From Treponema sp. (GTDB taxonomy: Bacteria > Spirochaetota > Spirochaetia > Treponematales > Treponemataceae), in contig JAILBH010000173.1 of assembly GCA_024681195.1 (NCBI GenBank), positions 1-55,310 of the forward strand: a stretch of DNA of 55,310 nt, written 5' to 3'. Shown piece by piece: positions 26,752-36,200 of the stretch. The position numbers and the translations under genes were made by a program. How positions within the stretch are numbered: the first letter of the stretch is position 1; every line of letters begins with the position of its first letter. The notes beneath the pieces were generated by a model. The model had not been told where the DNA came from. It saw only the letters and a program-made list of their open reading frames with translations, and did not search any database.

Positions 26752-28674
26752 TCAATTTTCCACAAGCTTTAAAAACTCTTCTTCTGTAATAACAGGAATT
26801 CCAAACTGAGCAGCCTTAACATTTTTGCTTGAACCGCTCGAAGTATCATTTGTTACAAGATAAGTAAGATCCTTTGTTACAGAAGTTTTTATCATTCCGC
26901 CATTTGCCTTAACAAGTTGCTGTGCATCATTACGATTCATTGTTATAAGTTCACCGGTAAAACAGAAGGATTTTCCTGCAAGCTTTCCATTCCCGCCCGA
27001 TTCAATTGTAATTATTCCATTATTAACAAGCGAGCGCATTTCATCTGCATTTTCGGCAAGTCCTGTTACAATTGTATGAGCCATAATCTGTGCAAAACCA
27101 TACACATCGGCAATCTGATCCTCTGTAGCAGTTAATAATTTTTCAAGATCATTAAAGCCTGAGTGAACCAGTTTTTCTGCCAGAGTTTCGCCAAAGCCTT
27201 CAATATCAAAGCCTGCAATAAAGACAGGAAGGCTCATCGATTTATGAGCTTGTATACTTTTGTAGACTTTTTCTGCACCAAGAGAACGTTTTTCTGATTC
27301 CATGCTTTCTTCATTTAAGAAATATGGCATCAAATCTTCTACTTGAAGACTGTAAATATCCGAAATACTTTTAAGTCTTCCATCATTAAAAAGTGATGTA
27401 ATGAGTGTTTCGCCAAGATCCCGTATATCTATTACCTGCTGGAACTTTAACAATTGATGAAGTACTCTTTTTGGACATTCCTTATTCGGACAAAATAATC
27501 TGGAACCTTCATCAACAAGCTTTGAACCACAGGTTTCGCATATAAACGGAAAGTCCACGTCCTTAGTTTCAATATTTTTTTCTTCTACAACACTTTCAAT
27601 TTTTGGAATGATTTCTCCCCTTTTTACAACAACAACATGGCTTCCAATTTTAACGCCAAGCTTTCTCATTGTATCTGGGTTTGCAAGACTTGCACGCTGA
27701 ACCTTTGTTCCGTTAAGAGCTACTTCATCAAAGATTCCAACCGGTGTATAAGTTGCACCGCTACGACTCCACTCAACCTCGCGTAATACTGTAACAGCTT
27801 CTTCAAGACTGAATTTAAATGCAATCTGCCGGTCTGGTCGGGCACGGGCTGCATCTTCAAAATTTATAACACTTTCTTTTACAACAAGTCCATCAATATC
27901 GTATTCTAAGCCGGCACGTTCTTCCATTACCTTTGCACGGTAAGCAATAACTCTTTGTGCATCACGGCAGATTACAAGTCGGACAACATTAAATCCGGTA
28001 TCCATAAGCCATTTAATTTTTTCCTGCTCATTAGAAAAATAGCTTATTCCATCTGTACTCAAAGCATCATAAACAATAAGCGTAAGGTATTCGCTTCCCT
28101 TTCCATCCTTGCGTTTCATAAGGCCATTAGCAGCATTACGGCAATTTGCTTTATCCGAAAAATACTGCTTGTGCACCTGATGAGTCATAATAACTTCGCC
28201 GCGAACCCCGCCTGTAAAAGGAAGAAGTTTTCCGTCCTTATAAATTGCTGCATTTACCCCCTGCATCTTTTTTGCATTTGCAGTTATATCGTCGCCTATA
28301 GTTCCATCTCCGCGGGTTACAGCACGAACAAGGTAGCCGTCTTCATATTGAAGCTCAAGAGAAGCTCCATCGAGTTTATATTCAACAAGATATTCATCAT
28401 ACTTATGCTTTTGAGCCCAGGCTAAGAACTGTTCAGGATCCGAGGCTTTTTCCTGACTTCCCATAGGCATTACATGATGAGCCTTTTCAAAGTTTCCTGA
28501 ATCTGCACCAACTTTGTGTAAAATTGCATTTGAAGGATCAAGCTCTTTTAGTTCATCCCATAACGCATCAAATTCTGCGTCACTGATTTCACCTTCACCG
28601 TTGTAATATGAGGCCTGATATTTTGTAATGAGTTTTTCCAGTTCTTCTATCCGCTGCGAATTAAAAAGGTCCAT
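26752..28674 (-). CDS. ligA: NAD-dependent DNA ligase
   Basis: EYKLDG, TRGDG, NCRNAANG, DIDGLVVK, Zn finger, C-terminal BRCT (FCFTG). Confidence 0.97.
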   Translation of the reverse strand: MDLFNSQRIEELEKLITKYQASYYNGEGEISDAEFDALWDELKELDPSNAILHKVGADSGNFEKAHHVMPMGSQEKASDPEQFLAWAQKHKYDEYLVEYKLDGASLELQYEDGYLVRAVTRGDGTIGDDITANAKKMQGVNAAIYKDGKLLPFTGGVRGEVIMTHQVHKQYFSDKANCRNAANGLMKRKDGKGSEYLTLIVYDALSTDGISYFSNEQEKIKWLMDTGFNVVRLVICRDAQRVIAYRAKVMEERAGLEYDIDGLVVKESVINFEDAARARPDRQIAFKFSLEEAVTVLREVEWSRSGATYTPVGIFDEVALNGTKVQRASLANPDTMRKLGVKIGSHVVVVKRGEIIPKIESVVEEKNIETKDVDFPFICETCGSKLVDEGSRLFCPNKECPKRVLHQLLKFQQVIDIRDLGETLITSLFNDGRLKSISDIYSLQVEDLMPYFLNEESMESEKRSLGAEKVYKSIQAHKSMSLPVFIAGFDIEGFGETLAEKLVHSGFNDLEKLLTATEDQIADVYGFAQIMAHTIVTGLAENADEMRSLVNNGIITIESGGNGKLAGKSFCFTGELITMNRNDAQQLVKANGGMIKTSVTKDLTYLVTNDTSSGSSKNVKAAQFGIPVITEEEFLKLVEN

Positions 28675-28683
28675 TCTGGTAAA

Positions 28684-29400
28684 TCAGTTCTCCTTTACAA
28701 AAAAGAGTTCTGTTATTTTTCGGTCGGCTGCCATACCTTTGCGTTCAAATTTTGTCTGAGCACGCCAGCTTTGAGACTCGGCAAAACCGTTGTATTTATT
28801 TTTTAAATGAGGAGTCTGTTCAAGATTCTCAAGCGCAAATTCTGCATATTCAATTATGTCACTTACAAAATAAAGGTAACCGCCCGGAGCAAGCTTTTGA
28901 GCAAATAAATCTGTCTTTGGCCGCTGAACAAGTCTGCGTTTATGATGACGTTTTTTTGGCCATGGATCCGGAAAGAAAATATGAAAGCCATTTACAGAAT
29001 TATCGCCTATCATGCATTCAAGGACATCAAGAGCATCGTATTCAATGATATAAAGATTTTTAAGGTCGCGCTTTTTAATTTCTCCAAGAAGCTTTCCAAC
29101 TCCCGGACGATGAACTTCTATTCCAAGATAGTTTATATCGGGATTAGCCTGTGCAATATTTGCAGTTGCATCTCCCATTCCAAACCCAATTTCAACTATA
29201 ATTGGATTTGTATTTCCAAATACATCTACAAAATTAAGCTTTTTGTTTTCAAAAGGAATACACCAGGCAGGAGCAAGCTCATTATAAGAACGTTCCTGAG
29301 CTGCAGTCATTCTACCTATTCGCATTACATAAGTTTTGACTGTCCGTCTGGCGGGTAAAGGGTCTGTGTCCAAGCTTTGTTGTAAATTATCACTATCCAT
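28684..29400 (-). CDS. trmB: tRNA (guanine-N7)-methyltransferase
   Basis: EIGFGMG, GIEVHRPG, FFPDPWPKKRHHKRRL, TKFERK. Confidence 0.97.
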   Translation of the reverse strand: MDSDNLQQSLDTDPLPARRTVKTYVMRIGRMTAAQERSYNELAPAWCIPFENKKLNFVDVFGNTNPIIVEIGFGMGDATANIAQANPDINYLGIEVHRPGVGKLLGEIKKRDLKNLYIIEYDALDVLECMIGDNSVNGFHIFFPDPWPKKRHHKRRLVQRPKTDLFAQKLAPGGYLYFVSDIIEYAEFALENLEQTPHLKNKYNGFAESQSWRAQTKFERKGMAADRKITELFFVKEN

Positions 29401-29421
29401 ATATTACCTTATTCAGTTTAA

Positions 29422-30081
29422 TTAATTTCCTGGTACAACCTTTTCTACAGGCAGATTACAGATTATATTTCCGCCGGAAGAAATCCAGGTTTCCTGAAAT
29501 TCTACAGCGTCTCTATATTCATTCCAGATTCCACGTGCATCAGAAAACTGAGAAGTTCTTGGTCCATAATAAAGAATCTGTTTATCTTCACCAAAAATTG
29601 TGAGCATTCTGGCACCCATATATTTATTCATTAAGGCAGGAATATCTTTTACTTTTGCTTCATAAAAATCCTGATTGTAAGAAAGAGTTGCCTTCATTTC
29701 TTTCTTTTCCTGATCTGCCTGATAATAAGTAATTGTATAATTTCCTGAAGGGATTTTTTCATCTACAGGCATTACAAGATTTGATAATCCGCAATATTTT
29801 ACAACTTCGGTCTGAGCTCTTATTAACTGATCAGATTCCCAGATGTATTCTTTTTTGTCTGCTTTAACAACTATTGATTCAAGTCGGTTTGGATTAGATA
29901 CTGCTTCTACAAAAACAGAAAAACGGGCTTTAGGAAGAGAGTCTTCCGAATCATAGTCAAAAATAATTGCAAGCTGTGCATGCGAAGTTTGAACAACATT
30001 ATTTGAACAGGAACAGATTCCAAGCAGAGCAAGCATTAAAAAGAGAAAAGAAGCTTTTTTAATTTGCGGGTAAATCTTCAT
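29422..30081 (-). CDS. Hypothetical lipoprotein
   Basis: Basic N-terminus, hydrophobic core, spirochaete-style lipobox ending in SC. Confidence 0.7.
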   Translation of the reverse strand: MKIYPQIKKASFLFLMLALLGICSCSNNVVQTSHAQLAIIFDYDSEDSLPKARFSVFVEAVSNPNRLESIVVKADKKEYIWESDQLIRAQTEVVKYCGLSNLVMPVDEKIPSGNYTITYYQADQEKKEMKATLSYNQDFYEAKVKDIPALMNKYMGARMLTIFGEDKQILYYGPRTSQFSDARGIWNEYRDAVEFQETWISSGGNIICNLPVEKVVPGN

Positions 30082-30084
30082 AGA

Positions 30085-31251
30085 TTAAAAATTGAAGTTA
30101 AGCGTAATAACGGTAAGCTCACTTGCAGAGAACTGATTAACCAGAGATTCAAACTTAACATTAACTTTTTTACAGGCATCATCAAGGTAAGAAAGATAAT
30201 AAAGACCAAGATCAGTACCTTCCTGTCCATCTGGCAATTCCCTGTAAAAGTCAATCAGTGTTCGTTTTGCAGTATTCGAAGACTTTGCGTTATCAATATT
30301 TTCCTTAACTTCCTGAAACTCATCATCCTTGTTATAAAGTGTGATAGAAAGCTTTCCCTGTTTTCCGATTGATGAAGAACCACCACCCAGCTTCCAGGAA
30401 ATAAATACAAGTTCGTGATTTCTCTGAAGCTCAGCTACAATCTTAGCACGAACTTCCGGGTCAAAAATCAGGGCATCAATATCTTCAATATCCTGATACA
30501 TATTTCTTGCTTCTTTACGAATATTTGTATTTTCGTTATTAAGGGCAAGCTCCATAACCATTACAGAAATATATTCAGCTACTTTTGATTTTTCCATGTA
30601 AGAACTGAGCAGGTTACGGATTGCAATAAACATTTCGTTTGCGCCATCTGCCTTATGGAACAATGTAATAATATACCAGTTCATAAGACCAAGTCTGTTC
30701 ATAAACTTTTCTGACATAAGGAGATAAATATTCTTTTCTTCATCAGAGTAATCCGGATTGGTCATAATTGCCTTCCAGATTGGGTCCAGTATGCTGCGTC
30801 TTGTCTGCTGAATTATATTTTCCTTATTCTGAAGAATTGAACGGAGCTGGCGTTCACTCATCTGGGTTTTTTCATCAATAAGGTGAGAAGGATTTGCGCG
30901 GTTATGCTTTCTTACACATTCACACTGAATAAGAGCTGAATAAACATCACGGTCAAACTGTTTGTACAAAAGTGAGTATACAACAACCTTAGAAAGGTCC
31001 ATAACTTCCTGGCGTGAAGATACAAATTCAGACATTGAAATTTCTATCTTTGAAATATAATCCAGGAGTATCATGCTCTGAATAGATTGAGGAGAAAATT
31101 TATTTAAGGAAATACCGTACTCGTCAACATTGTCAGCAAGTCTAAACCTCATGAGTTTTTTATTGTGACTGATAAAATTTGAAGCACCGTCTTCCGTGAG
31201 TATTACTTTTAGAGGTAATTCTATAATAAATTTTTTGTCGGATGCGCTCAT
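30085..31251 (-). CDS. Conserved hypothetical protein with a degenerate HATPase-like C-terminal domain
   Basis: 388 aa; MELALN (N-box-like), GTDLGLYYL (G2-like), terminal beta strand. Confidence 0.65.
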   Translation of the reverse strand: MSASDKKFIIELPLKVILTEDGASNFISHNKKLMRFRLADNVDEYGISLNKFSPQSIQSMILLDYISKIEISMSEFVSSRQEVMDLSKVVVYSLLYKQFDRDVYSALIQCECVRKHNRANPSHLIDEKTQMSERQLRSILQNKENIIQQTRRSILDPIWKAIMTNPDYSDEEKNIYLLMSEKFMNRLGLMNWYIITLFHKADGANEMFIAIRNLLSSYMEKSKVAEYISVMVMELALNNENTNIRKEARNMYQDIEDIDALIFDPEVRAKIVAELQRNHELVFISWKLGGGSSSIGKQGKLSITLYNKDDEFQEVKENIDNAKSSNTAKRTLIDFYRELPDGQEGTDLGLYYLSYLDDACKKVNVKFESLVNQFSASELTVITLNFNF

Positions 31252-31294
31252 GTTCCCTTCTCTAAATACTTTTTGTTATTAAGCCTTTCCTTAT

Positions 31295-31340
31295 ATTATA
31301 CAATAAGGGTCTTGCATTGTAAACACTTAAATAATAAACT
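31295..31340. promoter_or_regulatory. Back-to-back overlapping sigma70 promoters
   Basis: Plus: TTGCAT(31312-17)-N17-TAAACT(31335-40). Minus: TTTACA(31323-18)-N17-TATAAT(31300-31295). Confidence 0.65.
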
Positions 31341-31348
31341 AAATGCGG

Positions 31349-33286
31349 ATGAATTGTCTTAAAAAACCATTTTTCATAATTTTCTTCTCAATCTTCATGA
31401 GTTCTATCTTTTCTCAGACAATTGACCCCAGTCCGGCTCTTACAGGCATAGAACTTTGTGATTCCATGTATAGTTTTGTCCGCAAAAATGGTTTTAATCC
31501 ACAGGTGCAGTCCCTTGCTGCAGGTGGAATCAACAATTTACCATATAATATTATCGTCAGGTTCACTCCAAAAGACATAGAATCAGAGCACAATTTTATC
31601 TTATTTTTTTACATGGAAGATTCCTGGCAGAATAAAGATTTATTGATAACGGTTTTTGACGCACTTAAGGAACAAAAATATAATTCTACTGTGGTTTTAA
31701 GCTTTGGAAACCGCATTCCTTTTCAAAAAGAAAATGTAATTTATGGCTGTGACATATTTGCACAATCGCTGGACTCTAATACTTTAAATTCCGTAGTTTT
31801 ACTGGATCTTTCCGCTTCTAAAAACAGCATTATTACAGGAAGCAATAAAAAACATTCTCCTTCCTGGATGTTAAAAGATATGTTTGATGCCTACAGCAAC
31901 GCAAAAATCACCGAAGGCCTTCCGCTTTTTTTTATAAGCCAGGTTGCAGATTATACCTTTTCTGAAGATAAGGCCTTTTTAACATTTTTGAATGCAGATA
32001 TTCCGTGTATTTCGGCCGGCATTAAAGACGCTTCAAAGGCGCAGGAAGTAATTTTGAGTCTTATTGATTCTTACGAAAACTCCCGAACAAACAGCAACGA
32101 TTCACATACCTTTATGTTCCGTCTTTTTGGAAAAAGATTCTGGTTTTCGGAATTAAGGCTTATTAAAGCTATCATAATTTTCTTCTTTCTTGGGTTTTTA
32201 CTTGTTTTTGCGCTTGGAATTGCAAACAAAAATCTTAAGATTGAATTCTGGAAAGAAATCCGAGCCAACTGGTATGTAATTCCTTCAATTTTTTTGATAA
32301 CTCTTGGCGGCTTTTTTGCAGGAAAAGGACTCTACACTCTTTTTGTTCCATCAGACAGTACAAACTATACAGTTTTTGGATTTATCATTCTTGAAATTAT
32401 GATTTCATTACTGCTTGTTTCGGTCTTTTACATGCTTAATCTTTCACTGCTCAAAAAGTACACTACCCGCTCGCTTGATTTTCTTCTGGTTGTAGATACT
32501 TTTATAAACCTTATTTTATTTACGCTTATTGATATTTCTTTATTTCCTATTATGCTGCTCATCTATATAGTTTCTATAATCTCGCTTATTTTCCGCAGAA
32601 ACTGGATCCATATAATTCTGTTTTTATTTTTGATTATTCCGTTTATTCCATATATCAACGCACTTTTTAATACTTCCGACAGAAGCAGCCTTCATAATAT
32701 GCTTTTGCATAGTATTCTACAGCCTTTTGTTATGTCATTTCTGCTGCTGCCGGTTTACTTAATGCAGTTAAGACTCTTTAACGCACTCAAAAAGTATTAT
32801 ACAAAAAAACGACTTTATGCCACTGCAATTGGAATTGCATATATCTTAATTACCTGTCTTCTTTTACTTACAAACAGGATTTTTTATTCAGACAAAAAAG
32901 ATCGTGATAAGAATACGCAGAATATTTTAGGCTCAAACAATCCAAACATAAACTTTGACTTAAAATGCCGGGACAGAAAAATCTTTTCGGATACAATCAG
33001 AACTATAAACCTTTCCATGTCTGAAGCGCCGGTTTATGTTTCGCTTAGGATTGAATCTTCTCAAGATGATTCAACTCCGGTTTTATATTCCGAAAATGAT
33101 TTTATAATGACAAAACAGAATGTAGTAGATTTCCAGCTGCCGCTTTATCCATCCAAAAAACTTGAATTCAGCTATGGTTCAGACAAATCAGAACAAAAGA
33201 TACTTGCCGAAGCTGTCTTTTATAATCAGTGGCAGAATTATTATTATTCTTTATTCCGTGAACTGATAATTGAAGGTGAAAAATGA
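31349..33286 (+). CDS. Integral membrane protein with a degenerate M28-peptidase-like periplasmic domain
   Basis: Signal sequence, NIIVRF..., D...F....IP pattern without clear Zn ligands, about 8-9 TM helices. Start may be 31343 or 31349. Confidence 0.65.
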   Translation: MNCLKKPFFIIFFSIFMSSIFSQTIDPSPALTGIELCDSMYSFVRKNGFNPQVQSLAAGGINNLPYNIIVRFTPKDIESEHNFILFFYMEDSWQNKDLLITVFDALKEQKYNSTVVLSFGNRIPFQKENVIYGCDIFAQSLDSNTLNSVVLLDLSASKNSIITGSNKKHSPSWMLKDMFDAYSNAKITEGLPLFFISQVADYTFSEDKAFLTFLNADIPCISAGIKDASKAQEVILSLIDSYENSRTNSNDSHTFMFRLFGKRFWFSELRLIKAIIIFFFLGFLLVFALGIANKNLKIEFWKEIRANWYVIPSIFLITLGGFFAGKGLYTLFVPSDSTNYTVFGFIILEIMISLLLVSVFYMLNLSLLKKYTTRSLDFLLVVDTFINLILFTLIDISLFPIMLLIYIVSIISLIFRRNWIHIILFLFLIIPFIPYINALFNTSDRSSLHNMLLHSILQPFVMSFLLLPVYLMQLRLFNALKKYYTKKRLYATAIGIAYILITCLLLLTNRIFYSDKKDRDKNTQNILGSNNPNINFDLKCRDRKIFSDTIRTINLSMSEAPVYVSLRIESSQDDSTPVLYSENDFIMTKQNVVDFQLPLYPSKKLEFSYGSDKSEQKILAEAVFYNQWQNYYYSLFRELIIEGEK

Positions 33287-36200
33287 TTGAAATAAAGCAT
33301 TATTACCTTCATGTAGATTTAGACGCTTTTTTTGCTTCGGTTGAACAGCTTGATAATCCTGAATACAGAGGTAAACCTGTTATTGTAGGCGGTATGCCCG
33401 GAGAAAAACGAAGTGTAGTTTCTACAGCCTCTTATGAAGCAAGAAAGTATGGAGTTCATTCCGCAATGCCGGTTTCAAGAGCATATCAGCTTTGTCCAAA
33501 CGGCATATATGTACATGGCAGGATGAAGCGTTATTCCGAACTTTCCTACCAGATTATGAATATTTTTAAGGAGTTTTCTCCAGACATTCAGCAGATTTCT
33601 ATAGACGAAGCATTTATAGATTTGACAGGTACCGAAAAATTATTCGGACCACCTCAAGAAACTGCAATGAAAATCAAACAGTTAGTTAAAGATAACACAG
33701 GATTAACAGTTTCGGTTGGTCTTGCTCCAACTAAATATCTTGCAAAGATTGCTTCGGATATGAACAAACCGGATGGCTTTTATAAAATAGAAGCAGGTCA
33801 GGAAGAAAATTTTATGCTGAATCTGCCGCTAAAAAAAGTCTGGGGAATCGGAGATAAAACTTATGAAGCATTAAAAAATGCCGGCTTAAGGACAACCAGA
33901 GACATTCACGAAAAAAGTCTTGAAGTACTTACGTTTATGTTTGGAAATAATACTGGAAGCTTTTTATATAATGTTGTAAGAGGAATTGAAGCTGTTGATT
34001 TTGACAAAAAAGCAAAATCTCATTCAATCAGTAATGAAACAACCTTCCCTTATGATGTAACAGACACCTATGCTGCAGAAACAACGATTTTGGAATTGTG
34101 TCATTCAGTTATGTTCAGGCTTCTTAGAGAAAAAGGTTTTTCAAGAACAGTAATGATTAAAATCCGCTACGAAGATTTTACAACAGTTTCCATTCAAAAA
34201 ACTTACCAGAATTATATTATGACACTTGATTCGCTTTACAGCTGTGCACGTGAGCTTTTTCAAACAAAATATGAAAAAGGCCGAGGCATAAGATTGATTG
34301 GCGTTGCTCTTGAAAATATTGATACAGAAGAAAAACCTGTTCAGCAAAGTCTTTTTGATGACGGTTCTGAAAAAAAACAAAAGGTAGAAAGCGCAATCTT
34401 AACGCTGGAAAAAAAGCACCCGGAAATTAAGATTCATAAAGCACGTATGCTCCAGAAACTTAATGAGGTTGTAAAAACTATTGCTGTTTTTATTCTTGGT
34501 TCACTTTTCTTTAATCTTTCTGCTTTTAAGCTTTATGCACAAAAAGCAACAATCAGCGATGAAGAAAGCACATATGAAATCAGCGGATACGTAAAAGAAG
34601 ATATTAAGGGCTATATTAATACAACCTTTGGTTATGGAAACCCTTTTGGTTTTAGTGCAGATCTTCCGGTTTTTAAACAGGAAATAGATCTTTCGGCTTT
34701 AATTCATATTACACCCCAACTTTATTTTGCAATGGAATTTCTGGATGAGTTTAAACATAATTCATTTACGCTCGGTTATAACGGCAAAGGCTATCTTAAG
34801 GAATTTAAATTTTCAAACCGCTCAATAACCTTCCCTTCTACATATTCTTCTAATCTTCTGGGATACGGAATTGAAGGCGGAGATAATCAGGCTCCAGGAC
34901 TTATGTTTCATTTTGAAGATATAAAAAATAATAAGTTTGAAGCAGATATCCTTTTACGCTATGACATGGTAAAAACCAAGACCGCTACATTTTATGGAAA
35001 CAACAGCGTAAATCAAACTACAAAAAACCTGGATACATTTGTTCATTCTTATATGTTTTATATTCCTTCAGAACAAATTGCCAATATCTGTGCAGTTTAT
35101 ATTCAAAGTGATGACGGAAAAAGCATAAGCTTAGACGGTATGAAATTTACAAAGCTTTCTGCAGCCGAATATTCAATAATCATTCAGGATAAACTTTTAA
35201 TTCTTTCAAAGGATGTTAAACAATATTGTCCGGATAATTCAAGTCCTTATATTCTGGTTAGTTTTTCGACTGCTGACGGCGTCTCGCAGGTTTTACAGGA
35301 AACAGGTTCTTATGATGACCCCCAGACTTTTGCAGGAAGTATTCAACAATATTTTTCGGAATCTGTCGCAAATCTGCAGCTTAAAGATTATTCTTCACTT
35401 ACAGAACAAGGCATGATTACAGCAATAGACGGAAAACCGGCTCTTATAATTCAAAGTCCTTTAAGTTTTTCGCCTTATATATGTGCAAATCTTTATGAAA
35501 TAAATCAGCTTTCAAATGCAGATTATGAATTTGCTATAATTAATAAATCAAATCAAAAAGAAGCAGAAGGCTATATAATTACATTCGATGTTTTTGACCA
35601 GTCAAAATCTCATGCTGTTATAAGTAAAACAGATTCAAATGCTGTTTTGCCTTCTTCTCCCAAATACAGATATCCGTTTGCAGACCTTTATCCTTATGTT
35701 TATTTAAGCAATTCTTCTGATATTCCGCTTGTTTTTGTTGAAAAAACTATTAGTCCTGTTAAGAACTACGACATAGGCAAGTTTGTTCAAAAGGGTTCTG
35801 TACGTGTTTACCGTAATGGAATTCTCGAAAATAATGCAATTTATGACAGTGGAACCGGTTTTGTTACGCTTAATCCACCTGCTTCTGAACTTGATAAAAT
35901 ATATATAACCTACAGGGAAGAAAGCAACGAATTATCCAGCGGAGCTTTTTCTACAGGACTTGGTTTTACCTGGAAATTCACACCAGCTCTTGTTTTAGAT
36001 ATAAGCTATACAGGTCTTTATCCGTTTTTACAAAAAAATGAATACGCAACGTCCGAAAAACAAAAACAAAGCTTTACCGCATTAACTACAGGTCTAAATT
36101 ATAAAACAAAACTTTTTAGTCTTAGCGATGCCTTAAGCCTTGCCTATGAAAATCCAAATCTTTCTAATGTTTTAATTGTTAATAAACCGGAAAAATCTAA

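Noticed and set aside
33150-33290. SOS/LexA box for dinB
   Set aside because: dinB overlaps the upstream gene and no recognisable palindrome is present.
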